This document shows positions 26,481-39,712 of a stretch of DNA of 64,000 nucleotides, in pieces. The stretch lies in NCBI GenBank assembly GCA_964016885.1, contig OZ024755.1, forward strand, positions 9,672,001-9,736,000, read 5' to 3'. The stretch is from Eledone cirrhosa (taxonomy: Eukaryota). The notes beneath the pieces are model-generated. The model was not told the DNA's origin and did no database searches. It saw nothing but the letters and a program-made list of their open reading frames with translations. Made by a program: the position numbers and the translations under genes. The number at the start of each line of letters is the position of its first letter. The first letter of the stretch is position 1.

Positions 26481-26549
26481 TTATGCTTCCTCTTCACATG
26501 GTTGACAAGTGTCGAGGGCTTCGTTTCGGGACCTTCCACGATGTAGGAT
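26481..26549 (-). CDS. PFKFB: PFKFB distal terminal coding exon
   Basis: tttttgcag|ILHRGRSRNEALDTCQPCEEEA*, resembling the PFKFB1 tail (R.PEEALDT); phase 0 matches the 34395 donor. Confidence 0.8.
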   Translation of the reverse strand: MLHRGRSRNEALDTCQPCEEEA

Positions 26550-26881
26550 CTGCAAAAACATCAAAAAAGCCAAATGTAACAAAAACCACAAAGCATAAAA
26601 GTTACATTGACTTAGAAAAAGAATTGCTATGAGAAAAAGGTTTAAGAAGATCATTGCTATGATTTTACTGACATGGAAGTCCACCTTTTTGAAGACCTCC
26701 TCCCCCACTATCTTGGCTCTCAGAAGCACTGAGATCAGTGGAAGTCACCAAGCTATCCTAGAACAAGAACTAGGTGATGAAAAGTTACATTGGTCAGATG
26801 TGGTTGCATGACTAGCTCAGCCACTTGTGAATGTGTAGAAGTAAACCACACTATGGAGTAGCACTGCCTTGATTGCTCTCA

Positions 26882-26983
26882 GTGACCCAAAGGCAGCTCA
26901 AAAGACTGTGACCCAAAGGCAGCTCAAAAGACTGACTCAAAGGCAGCTCAAAAGACTGTGACCCAAAGGCAGCTCAAAAGACT
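26882..26983. repeat. 26-bp tandem repeat, ~4 copies
   Basis: gtgacccaaaggcagctcaaaagact. Confidence 0.9.
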
Positions 26984-27183
26984 TTGCAGCAGATTTCAGA
27001 AAAAATACAAAGAGCCATGTGGAGAGGTGGAAAGTTGTCTTAGGACCAGTGTTCATCATAGTTGAAAGAGACAGGCAAAGAAAATCCTGGTGTGAAAACA
27101 ATAAGAACTTGACAGGGTTCATCAGTGACTCTTTTGTGTAGGATGGAGGACAGAGACCAGTGGTGGTTACTGACTGGAAAAAT

Positions 27184-27437
27184 GTCTAGAGTGGCACCCC
27201 AACTGGCTACATCAGTAGCACATCTAAAGTGCCACTCTGTCTGGCTACACTAGTAGCACAGGGCACCCCAATGTCTAGCTACATAAGTGATACATCTAGA
27301 GTGGAACCCCAACGTCTGGTTACACCAGTGACACACCAACGTCTAACTACACCAGTGGCACATCTAGAGTGGCACCCCAATGTCTAACTACACCAGTGGC
27401 ACATCTAGAGTGGAACCCCAACGTCTAACTACATCAG
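27184..27437. repeat. ~40-bp minisatellite
   Basis: acatctagagtggcaccccaatgtctaactacaccagtggc, ~6 degenerate units. Confidence 0.85.
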
Positions 27438-28440
27438 TTCAATATGATGACAATGATAATGATGTTCATAACAAACTGATTTCTGTTGATAAATAAATAA
27501 CATTATTGCTTTATGTTTTATAAGTACTATCTTTAACCCTTTTGATACCAAACCACTTGAAACTGCTCCTGATTCTATGATATAAAACTGTTTAAGTGTT
27601 TGTATTTATCTAAAAACATTCCATCATAATTTTAAGTAAGAACCGTTGTAAAATTATGTTCGAAACACCAGTTTAATAACGAGAAAGTTATATTACTAAA
27701 TCCCTTCAAAATTATAGGAAGTTTCTTTCATTAGAAATATAGTAACAAAAGGAAGATCATATGAAAAGGATGTGGTCACCTAACCTGTCTAACCCATACA
27801 AGAGATTAAATGGTGATGACAATGATGATGATGACGAGGCGTTATAAACAAGAACATTAAGAATATACAGATAAAACTAATATTTTAATTCTTGTATAGC
27901 AGTGCCAATATAAGAGAAAAGCCTAGCTAATATACATAAAATTATTTAATTAAATATTTTTTCATTCAAATATATAACAGTATAACATGCACCCAATACA
28001 CGCTGTAAAGTAGTTAACAATAGAAAAGGCATGCAACTGCAGAACCCTGCTCAAACTGGAACATATGTGAGATGTGGCGTCCAGCCCATTTGGAGAAGAC
28101 AGTAACTCCTGTGAAATACTTATTTTGTTTGACACAAAACATCCAACCCATGCCTACATGGAATAATGGATGTTAAATGGTGATGATGATGAATTGTATA
28201 TATTATCTATTACCATATTTTCTTGTGTATAATATCAGAAATTTTGAACTAAGTCATATTATACGCAAAGAAATACTGTGATGAAAAAATAATGTAAAAA
28301 TACTGAAATAAAAAAGAAAAAAAATGAGTTCAGCATAAACATAAAAACAATATCCATATATTTGTTAAATTGTTTGAACAAAACTAGGAAAACTGAAAAG
28401 CATTAGTTTTGTCTTTGAAAGAACCAAAGTACAAAGACAC

Positions 28441-28836
28441 ACCGTATTTTCTTGTGTATAATACACTAAATTTTGAACTAAAATTAAGGTAAAAACGAGG
28501 GAGGGGTTATATTCACATTATCCAAAACTTTTACTGAGCTTAAAAATACTTAATTTTAAATGACAAGATTACAAATATGTTGATAATTGTTTACAAAATG
28601 TATTTTTATATATTGTCAATATTTGTTATTTGGGAATCAGCATAATTGAATATTGTTTGTCTCACAGGCAGGAAATTGATAAAATATATATCAAGATTTT
28701 GGTGGATAATATGGTTAAAGTTTATGAAAATATTTACATACACATGACTGTACACCAGGGTTGTATTATACACAAGGATGTAATTTATTGTTTTATCTTC
28801 AGAATTAGGCTAAATTATACACAAAGAAATACAGTA
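28441..28836. mobile_element. pogo/Tigger-like MITE; ~70-bp internally deleted sibling at 28212-28279
   Basis: ccgtattttcttgtgtataa ... ttatacacaaagaaatacag-ta. Confidence 0.65.
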
Positions 28837-29150
28837 TAACAAAAAAGAAAACAACTGAAAATTGTTTAATAGGTTAAAATCAATCACAATTATTCTAGAA
28901 ATATATATTAGTAGCACATATTTAATTCTTGTCAGTATAATGTAGTAGTCTCCTTATACTGAGATTATAAGTGGTGTACTTTATTATTAAGTCAAGAAAA
29001 CTATAACATTCGGCTATATGACAATATACAGTTAAGAAGGAAACAATGCTGTTTTATACTTTTAACATATAATAATAATAATATTGATTTCTTTATTATA
29101 TGTTAAAAGTATAAAACAGCATTGTTTCCTTCTTAACTGTATATTGTCAC

Positions 29151-29183
<33 letters not shown>

Positions 29184-29470
29184 CAATTTGCAAGCCAAAC
29201 ATGTAACACAAACTAACAATTTCTTTAACTTTCAACATCCTGTACAAGAAACCACATTAGCAAGACATTCTTCAAAAATACAAAACAGCAATATCACTGC
29301 ATTACATTAAAAACTGATGTTTTTAACGTAATACTGCAAATTTTCACAATAATCTGGCCACTACTAAAGATACTATAAATATTTGAATTAACAAAATCAT
29401 TTCATTTCATTTCATTTGAGTCCATGCCCAGGCCAAGTCGAAGACTCCAAAAATATTTTCTGTTAAATCA

Positions 29471-29682
29471 TTAACCCTTTAACATTAACATTACTCTATA
29501 TATATTATTGCATTTTTGTGGTGAAGGCTTTATCTCACATAATATCGAATGAGATTTTGATATTATTTATTTTGAGAACAATATCTTAACATAAGTATGA
29601 GCAGCCAGTTATGGCTGATTTGAAAAGAAAGAGATGAGAGAACTCTGGCCGGATATGGCCAGTTTAAATGCTAAAGGGTTAA
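29471..29682. mobile_element. piggyBac-like MITE (TTAA...TTAA); copies at 33708-33924 (reverse) and 41642-41867
   Basis: ttaa-ccctttaacatt ... aatgctaaaggg-ttaa. Confidence 0.8.
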
Positions 29683-30158
29683 AGGATGTTATAAGTTAAA
29701 TCTATAGAAAGAGTTGAACCTGCTTCTATGAAAATTAAATGAAAAATGTTTTAAAAATTTTAAACAAGTTTCATGCAGAAAGTACAGTAAACATTGGCAG
29801 ACACTGTAAAAATAATATTTGAGTTAAACACAGTGCTAATATTGAAAGCTAAAATATTCCAGTGATAATCTGAATGACACACACACATACATAAAACAAA
29901 ACAATTTAGAAATAGTTTTGTATAAAATAGATTGAAAATGAGAAGAAACAATAGTGGAAGTTAGTTCGAAAGACATTGTTTTATTGACAAAAATATGAAT
30001 GTTCTTTGATATATATATATATATATATATTTGCTAATGACCATAAACAAGCATACAAATCTTGTTGATAGAGTTGTTGAACTGGAAATTCCAGTTACAT
30101 AGCTTAATAAGCCATATAGAGTTTTATTCCTTCAAAAATGTCAGATTGATTTATAGTC

Positions 30159-30230
30159 TTATTCCATCAATATGTTGTTAGATTGATCATACAGTGTAGA
30201 TGTGTTGTTGACACTTTTAGAAATTACTGT
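30159..30230 (-). CDS. PFKFB: Candidate PFKFB proximal alternative terminal exon
   Basis: ctttttatttcag|TVISKSVNNTSTLYDQSNNILME*, phase 0, AATAAA ~30 nt after the stop; no homology support. Confidence 0.45.
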   Translation of the reverse strand, partial: TVISKSVNNTSTLYDQSNNILME

Positions 30231-31143
30231 CTGAAATAAAAAGATAAATTACATTTACAAATATCCTTCTGGCAGTTTCCTTATTCATGAGTCCCAACCG
30301 AATTATATGGTCTGGAATGAAAAGTAAGACAAATTTCCCATCATATTGTATTCGTAATATACAAAAATTCCATAAAGCAGAAGATAGTTTGTAGACAATG
30401 TTGAAGCTTTCAATTTCAAAGTAGAGTAGCAAATCATATATAAGCAAGTATTTCGTATTTTTCTTGACAACATTTTTGGAGGGTAATTTTCTTTGTTTTT
30501 CATTTTTCCAGCTCATCCAGAAGACAAAATGTTACAATTAATTACTGATTCCATTAATAATTGTTCTAAAGCCAGACTGAAGTAAGCACTAGATGACCAT
30601 ATACAAAGTGAGTCATAAGTAACCGGGCAGTCAATGTATTTTTTATTGCAACTATACAGCAATGCTCAACAATGATTTACTGCCAAGTTTTACAAAATGG
30701 CCATATTCTTGTAAAATTAGCAACATGTTAAATTATGTTCCTAACACCACCTTACTTACTACAAAGTAATTTTACTAAATCCCTTCCAAATATATTTTTA
30801 TTATTTTCAAAATTAATTGGAAAATACAGGCAGTGTATCCCCCAAGAAATATGGTAACAAAATGGTTAAAATACAACAAGTATTTTAAGGCCATTTTCCC
30901 CTTTTAATCAGGGAATAGCCATGCAGACCCCATGTCAAGATTTTCCCTATTTCCTTAGCATCTGAATTCCTCTTCCACTATCTTTTGCTATGCCTTTGTT
31001 GGTCTTCCCCTTCCTCTACTTCCTTCCATATTTATTTCTATCACTTTCCAATCCAGTCAGTTTCATCATTCTTCAAAATATGTCCCAACCATCTCACTCC
31101 ATTTCTCTTCAGAACATTCATCACTGGCTCTATATGACCTGAT

Positions 31144-31320
31144 TGGCAGTATCGGTAGAGGGTCGGACGCCATGCTTTCCAGCATAGTTACATCCCTTTA
31201 CGATCTGAGTTCAAATCCCGCCGAGGTTGACTTTGCCTTTCATCCTTACGGGTTCGATAAAATAAAGTACCAGTAATGCACTGGATAATTGCTGGCCTTG
31301 TGCCTAAAGTAGAAACAATT
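31144..31320 (+). mobile_element. tRNA-related SINE with Deu/Nin-like central domain
   Basis: gagttcaaatccc B box followed by gactttgcctttcatcctt..gggttcgataaaata.agtaccag; many reverse copies in the window. Confidence 0.75.
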
Positions 31321-31844
31321 ATATGACCTAATCATTTCATCCCATTTCTCTTCACAAAATTCATCAATAATTATTCACATTAACCTTTGCAATCCATTTG
31401 TTTTTTTTTCCTCTCTGAATGATACTTCGGTCATCCACCGTTCTCATTTCCAGCCTTCTCTGCTACTTCATGTTCATCATCCATGTTTCGATGCCATAAA
31501 TTGTGGCATCAATTGTCATCAAATATTTTCAAAAATAAATCCTCATATTTTGCTAAGACAATCATCAATGAGATGATGAATGTTTGTGATATCATTGGAT
31601 ATTAACTTCATTGGTTGTACAACATTTAATAGAAATAGCATTTGTCAGCAGAAAGGAAAGGTTTAACAATTGATAAATACATATATATTGAAGTAGAATG
31701 AGATGAAATCATAGCTGACTATTATCAATACTGACTTGTATTAATTGTAAAAAGTCTCTACTGCACATGAGGTGAATTCATTTGACACTTCTGTGATATT
31801 GGTCACACACTCCACTACACATGAGGTGAACTCTATGACATTCT

Positions 31845-32200
31845 GTAGTCAACAGAGCTGTTGTCAGTACATTAACATGTAGTTAACAGAGATGTTAATA
31901 CATTGACATGTAGTCAACAGAACCGTTAATGCATTCACATGTAGTCAACATAGCTGTTAATAATACATTCACATGTAGTCAACAGATCTGTGAATACATT
32001 GACATGTCAACAAAGCTGTCAAGACATTCACATGTAGTCAACAGAGCTGTCAATACATTGACATGTAGTCAACAGAGCTGTCAATACATTGACATGTAGT
32101 CAACAGAGATTTCAATGCATTAACATGTAGTCAACAGAGATTTCAATGCATTAACATGTAGTCAATAGAATTGTTAATATGTTGATACATAGTCAACATA
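31845..32200. repeat. ~31-bp minisatellite, ~11 copies
   Basis: acatgtagtcaacagagctgtcaatacattg. Confidence 0.9.
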
Positions 32201-33083
32201 GGAGCAGTCTGATAAAATCATAATCATAGAACTGCTTCCTTTTATATATCACGAGAAAATAACAATATAAAGAAACACGTTAACAAAGGTGATTAAGAAT
32301 AACACAGTATCCTCATCATCATTATTTTACGTCCGCTTTTCCCTGGGCTGAGAGAGAAGAGGAATGAGCTGCAGTGCGAGCGAGAAGACTACAGCTATGA
32401 ACATGTGATGTGTATGGAGTGTGACAGCTGTATACATGAAGTGCATAGCATTTACATGTGAATGGAATGTGTAGAAGAGATGTGAGAAGACATGGGATGA
32501 AGCGGTGAAGACTGATCTCAGGACACTGAGCCTGAAGAAGGAATGATGTACGACTGCGATGACAGATGACATGCAGTGTTAAAGAAGATCTGTCCACCAA
32601 TACAAGCATGGTGAAACAAATGTTAAGATAGAGGTAGTAGAGGTGGCTGGGAAGTATAGTATATAAACTTGGGTCTCTTGCCCAATATATCCTTTTAAGT
32701 CCATCTGCTGTCCTTCCTCCATCTCTTTGATACCTTCTCATCTCTCTATCACCCACCCTTTCTCCTCTTCACTGTACCATACCATTTATATAACTAGGGA
32801 CGACAGTGGATCTCTTATTCACTGTACCATGCTACACATTCTATTAATGATGGTATTGGATCTGTCTGGATTCGATACCCCTCTACTAACATCCTCATCC
32901 CTCTCTCCTATTGAGACAAATGTATAAAAGTTGACACTGAGTCTATTCATATTCAACACTCCCTACCATCATCTATTTCTGTGCCGACAGCCCCCATTCC
33001 CTCACTTCCCCACACCACCCTCTGGTTAGCTCTTTTCTATTCACTTTTTTTATCATATCTTTAATGAATGAAGACAACCTCAC

Positions 33084-33275
33084 TAGTGCTGGTGCCACGA
33101 TAAAACACACCCAGTACACTCTGTAAAGTGGCAGTGCTAGTGCCACGATAAAACACACCCAGTACACTCTGTAAAGTGGCAGTGCTGGTGCCACGATAAA
33201 ACACACCCAGTACACTCTGTAACGTGGCAGTGCTGGTGCCATGATAAAACACACCCAGTACACTCTGTAAAGTGG
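33084..33275. repeat. 48-bp tandem repeat x4, amplified from a SINE segment
   Basis: agtgctggtgccacgataaaacacacccagtacactctgtaaagtggc. Confidence 0.9.
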
Positions 33276-34298
33276 TTAGTGAACAAGCAGAGACAACGTA
33301 AGATCAAGAGGACCTTCAAATAAAAACTGGTTTGGACTGTGACAACCTATCCAAATGCTGCCACCATGGAAAGCATGTAACAACTGATAGTGATGAAATA
33401 TTGCTACGAAATCAGTTTGGTGCATGTGACTTTTAAAAGAAGACAATTGTTTTAAAACCAAAACTAACTTATCGTCACAAATGAAATCATTGTAACAATT
33501 CTTAAAAAGATATTCCATGTAAAATAAATGGTGACAACATTTAGAAATTAATACAAAATCTTTCTCAGAAAATGTCTTCAAATATTCATCACCTAAATTC
33601 ATATAAAAATGTTCATCTTTATTAATTTATTCAAAATGAAATTTCACATGCTGAGAGCTCAAACCAGAAAACTGCAGCTGAATTCAGATAAAATACAATT
33701 AAAATGGTTAACTCTTAGCTCTTTAGCATTTAAACTGGCCATATCTGGCCAGAATTCTCTCACCTCTTTCTTTTCAAACCGGCTGTATGTTAAGGTATTG
33801 TTCTCAAAATAAATAATGTCAAAATCTCATAGATTCGATATTATGTGGGATATTATGCGAGGTATAGCTTTTACTGTGAAAATACAACAGTAAATATAGA
33901 GTAATGTAAATGCTAAAGGATTAAAGTATTGTACCACATATAGCCACATTAACATGGCATTCCTGAAAAGTATAAAACAGCACTATTACTAAATTTTCAC
34001 GATGCTCTGTCTGCCAGTAATGATACTGTAAACATTTGATTTAATAAACCACATTAGCAAGACATTCTTGAAAAGTATAAAACAATACTATGACTGCAAA
34101 TTTTCATTTTAAAGATACAATTTGAATTATGAAACCCATGTTTAGCTATTTTCTGCTAAATAATTACAGGATGTTTAGAGTCAATGTAGAGGTGTCTTCA
34201 TTACTGGTTAATAAAATGATTTACAGAGATGTTAGTTATTAATTCCCATTAGTTAGTAACAAATTACTTTAGTTAGAAATTCAAAGTTGAAGTTTTCA

Positions 34299-34541
<243 letters not shown>

Positions 34542-35095
34542 TCATTTATAACAACAAGTTACATTGAAAATAATAAACAAATGATATAATGAATGAAGAA
34601 AAATGAAAAGTTAAATGTGAGATTATTTAATTTGTTACATATACATCACAAGCTGTTGAATGAGTTAAAGTATATGAGCTGATAATATACACAGTTGTAC
34701 ATTTCAATGTTCCTGGACAAAGTAATCACAAAAGACTTTAATGCAATAAACACTGTTGATGTTAAAAGTAGTATCAAGGAGGAGGTAGTGGTCTAATTTT
34801 ACTTCAATTGAACATAAATTAACCCTTCTAGTATTGTAGAACCAGGGGGCTGAAACTGCTCTTGGTTCTACGATAATAAGCTGTTATTTTTATGTTTATA
34901 TTTATCTAAACACCTTGCAACATAATTTTATGGAAGAACATTTGTTAAGTTCCACCAGGTTAATAAAGAAAAAGTTAGTTATATTACTAAATGACTCCAA
35001 ATTTTTTATTATTTTCAAAAGTATTTCAAAAGCATAGGCAGTGTCCTTTAGAAATATGGTAATGAAAGGGTTATAGATATCAATGTTTATGTATA

Positions 35096-35194
35096 CGGGG
35101 TGTCCCCAAAAATGTATACACACTTTGATTACCTGTATAGGCAATATTTATTAGAATGCTGTTGAAGTGGGTATACATTTTTGGGGACACCCTG
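35096..35194. mobile_element. 99-bp Tc1/mariner-type MITE with TA TSD
   Basis: ta-cggggtgtccccaaaaatgtatac ... gtatacatttttggggacaccctg-ta. Confidence 0.85.
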
Positions 35195-36229
35195 TATATT
35201 TGGTGTTTAAATCCTTGTTAATAATTGATAACCTCCTGAACCACAGACCAAATATATAAGATAAATTTTTACAATCAATTCATTTCTAATCAATAAGTAA
35301 AAGTTCAATAATTCATTATTTCTTTATTGAATACAAAACCAAATGAGATTGATTTTTTTTTTTTTTCATCACCAGAAACCACCTCTGGTTCTGGGATACA
35401 AAACTGTTTGTTTTAAAGTGTTCATATTTATCTACCTTTCTTTATAATTTTATGAAAGAACCAGCCTAACAATTTTTGGGGAAGTGGAAAGTTGATTAAA
35501 TCGACCCCAGTATGTTACTTTATTTTATTGATCCTGTAAGGATGAAAGGCAAAGCTATCATTGGCAGGATTTGAACTCAGAACGTAAAGGGCTGCGACAA
35601 AGTAGAATGTTCGACACCATACTAATAGTCCAATCCTTAACCAGGCTAACAATGAACTGGTTAGTTATATTACTAAATCCCTTCAAATTCTTGATAATTT
35701 TCAAAATCATTTGAAATATGATACACAGTATCTTTTATTAGATATATGGTAACAAAAGGATTAATTATTTAATCATTTTAGTTGAGACCACCTTTGATTT
35801 TATCCCACTGATTAAAGATAGTATAGGAATGTTGAACACTGAAACAAAATCTCACACATTATTAAACTAAATATATTTAGAGCAGTTAGTGTCCTGGTAA
35901 AAAAAATAAAAATTGTCAAAAAAATTAATTTAATGTGACATAATGTTTAAGATAGGTCAATTTGATAATTTATTGGATTTAATTTCAATACCATTTATCC
36001 ATTAAAAAGATGGAGAAAAGCATGTAAATATTAAAATTGTAAATATCATAAGTGTCAACTTTAAGGCATAAACTTCATTGAAAGAAAGTGAAGTGAGTTA
36101 AATTTGACACAAAATTTGAGATTTTCAATTGACAGAGCTGGGCTAACGAGTTCCAGACATAATCACTGCACACATCTACAAAACATTATCACACCTTAAA
36201 CAGAAGAAGCATTTAACTACAACCCTTGT

Positions 36230-36710
36230 AATAACTTCAAAGGCTAGGCTTTCTTCACCATCACTGATTATCTCTCCTGGAAGGACTGCACCTTAAAGAT
36301 TGGACCTTTCTCTTCAGGACCAAACAACCATTAACATTCTATAAAGCTCAGGTGAAATCCACAATGAAGTATTGTTTCCATATCTGTATGGTACTACACA
36401 CACACATATTTTATACTGCATCCAGAGAAAGGTCATCGGATTGTTTGGCATGATGTCACTAACAAACACATTCTAACCTCTGGGCCACAGGCTTGCTGTT
36501 TCATCTCTCTGCCTTTTTTAGCATTACTAAAATGGCTACTGCTCCTCAGAATTAGCTGATCTTGAGCCAACTGTACTCAGGCACTCCGGAACCATCTGTT
36601 ACTGCCCCACTTATTAACCTTCCAGACCCTACATTAACCCCTATATCTAGTCGAATCTTCTCAAAATGTCAGTCCTCAAGAATTGCCTCCCTGTACATCA
36701 TTTCTGAAGG
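36230..36710 (+). mobile_element. Decayed CR1/Jockey-group LINE 3' region; reverse-strand relative near 46020-46150
   Basis: YKAQVKSTMKYCFHI and IQRK remnants of the LYKAQVRP.MEYCSH.W...IQRKA motif. Confidence 0.6.
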
Positions 36711-39182
36711 CCAAACTAAATAAAATAACATAAAACAAAGACTGAGCCAAAAAAGATAAATAATATTGAACAAAACAAAACAAAACAAAAAACGGTCATA
36801 GATTATCCCAAGTCCAACGGTCCGTCTGGCTGGAGTTTATCCCATTTTCATTTGTGTTCATTGATTGATGGAATGAGACTCTCTCTCCTGGATGAGATGC
36901 TAGTTCATTGCTGCAACTGCTGCTGGTATTCATTTTCAGCTGAATTAACTAGAGCAATGTGAAATGTGAAGTGTCTTGCTCAAGAACACAACATATCACC
37001 ACTACTTTGGCACCAAACAGTATACCCATTACCAAATTATTCATTGACCTTTAAACAGGACATGGAATTTTCAAGCAATAACTACCTTCATTTAATGAAT
37101 AAATTTATTGAGAACAAAATATAATATGTGCACATCCAATTTTATTGATGATCATCCTTCTGGAATATCAACAAAGCAATCACTGAAATTATCGTGAATA
37201 CAAGCTGCCGAAATGGTGTTCCTCCGAAAGGTCTTTTTTTGAGTAACATTACTCAATGGGGTGGGTAGCTTGGAGATCAGAGAGTAACTCCAGGTAGAGC
37301 CGCTACTTCTCCAAATTGAGAGATCACAGCTCCAATACTATGGGCATGTTGGTTAGAATGTCTCAGGAAAGAATTGCTGGACAGATTTTTCGGACAAAAC
37401 CAACTGGCAGTAGGCCAAGGGGTAGACCCCCGAGCAAGATGGTTGGATAACATCTGTGAGCTCGGTTGCTTCTGACAGGACCTAGTGGAAGGAGTGTTTG
37501 AGGACACTGTCCCCAAAACCCTTGCAAGAATAAGTGGGAGAAGAAGATAGTTTAAATTCTTGAGATAGCCATAATATTCATCACATCATAATGCAATCTA
37601 TAGCTGCATACTCAACAACTTACCAGTATCCTTTGATTTCAACCCTTTTGATAAGAAACTGCTTGAAACCACCTTTGGTTCTATGTTACAAAACTTTGTT
37701 TCAAAAGGTACATATTTATCAAAAAAAACCTTCAATCAGAATTTTATGTGAGAACCCTTTAAAACATTCCAAACACCAGCTTAATAATGAGGAAGTAAGT
37801 TATTACTAAAACCCCTCCAAAATCCTGATTATTTAAAAAATTATTTGGATATCCATAGGCAGTGTTTTTCATTAGAAATATGGTAATGAAGAGGTTAAAT
37901 AGTCTGTAGTAGCAACCATACTGAGGAATACTATATTATTGACTTTCAAACATTATCAAAATACTTTTGACATTTAACATTTCCATTTAACCCTTTCATT
38001 ATCATATTTCTAACAAAAGAAATTGCCTCTGTTATCATCATTATCATTGTTGTTTTATGTCCATTTTTTCAAGCTTGTATGAGTTGGATGGTTCTTTTCC
38101 AGCACAGCATCCCTCTACTTGTTGGTTGCAGCCCCTCATCATCTCTATCAGCTTCAGCAAATTGTGATCAGTTCTCACAACTTCCACCCAGGTCTCCCTT
38201 GGTCTCCCTCTACTGCAGTTTCTTTCCACAGAGATTTCTTGCCACTTCTTTACTCAAAGATCATCACCCATATACATCACATGTCCATCCAGATCTGTAT
38301 TCTTTCCTGCACACTACACCTGATTCCTCTTACACACTTTTCATGCTTCATTGTTCACACATACAAACATTGCACGTTTCAATTCTTTTTAAAAATAACC
38401 AAACATTTGGATAACATCCATGAGCTTGGTAATCCAGCCAGATGAACTGGAGATGGTTGCTTCTGAAATGACTCTCTGGAAGGTGTTGGAGGACTTTGCT
38501 CCAATGACCCTCCGAGAAATAAGTGGGAGAAGAACAACTAAATTGTTCACTTGTAAGCTAATAATAATGTTGGGAAGATATGTTGATAAATTAGATCATT
38601 GAAGGAGATTTCTAATCTTACACTGTTAACCCCTTGAAACCAGCCGAGGTTCTACAATAAAAATTATTCATTTGAAGGGGTTTATATTTATCTAAAAAAA
38701 ACTATCATAATTATATGTAAGAACCTTTGTTAAGTTACACTCCAAATTTCAGCTTAGTAATGGGAAAGTTAGTTATATAACTAAATCTATCTAAATTCTT
38801 GATTGCTTTCAGAATGATTTGAACATCTTTCATTAGGAATATGGCAATGATAGTGTTCAGATTGAAACAAATGATTATTAAGTTGCTGAACATCTCATTA
38901 ATTATAGGTGAGACAATTACTTTTCACATCCTTTGTACTACTTTTAACACCAACACATGAATCATTTGTTAACAAATAATTTTAGTGAAATACCACACAC
39001 ACACATATATATATATATACACATTAGTATGTATATATATATTTTTGCTGCTTTTTTTCCTTCCACACACCACACAATTTTAAGCTAGATAGGAGTATAA
39101 ATTCAAATAATCACATATATGCTTAGAGCAGGTACTATAAATATATATAGATATATACAGACACACACACACACATTATATA

Positions 39183-39712
39183 TCATCATCATCATCATTT
39201 TACGTCCGCTTTTCCCTGCTTGCAAGGGTGGGACGGGTCTTATTCAGCACAGCATCTCTCCACTTGTCACGGTCCTTCATCATCTCCACCGTGAGCTTCA
39301 GCAATCTGAGGCCTGTTCTCACCACCTTGCCCATGTTTTTTGTGGTCTACCTCTACCACGTCTTCCTTCAACTGGCATTTCCTGGCACTTCTTCACCCAT
39401 CGGTCATCCTCCATGCACATTACATGTCCATGCCACCCTCTCAGACATAGTTTCTCTTTCAACACATTCATGCTGGGTCGTTCACGCACATTGACATTGC
39501 ACATCCAACGGAGCATGCTTGCCTCATTTCTCTCCAGCCGTCACATATCCTCTGCAGTTGCTGCCCATGTCTCACTACCATGCAGCATTGCGCTCCTCAC
39601 ACAGGCATCATATAACCGGCCTTTCGTACGCAGGGAGAAACCCTTCTTCGTCAGCAGAGGAAGCAGCTCCCTAAACTTCTTCCAACCCGTCATTCTAGAT
39701 ACTATGGCCTCG
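39183..39712 (-). mobile_element. RTE-clade LINE 3' end
   Basis: MLRWMCNVNVRER...WHGHVMCMEDDRWVKKC...VEGRRGRGRPQKTW plus (tga)n tail. Confidence 0.85.

Noticed and set aside
31845-33275. Regular repeat arrays (also 46441-46922 and 48985-49400) as CRISPR arrays
   Set aside because: Units are head-to-tail with no unique spacers, the context is eukaryotic and no cas genes are present.
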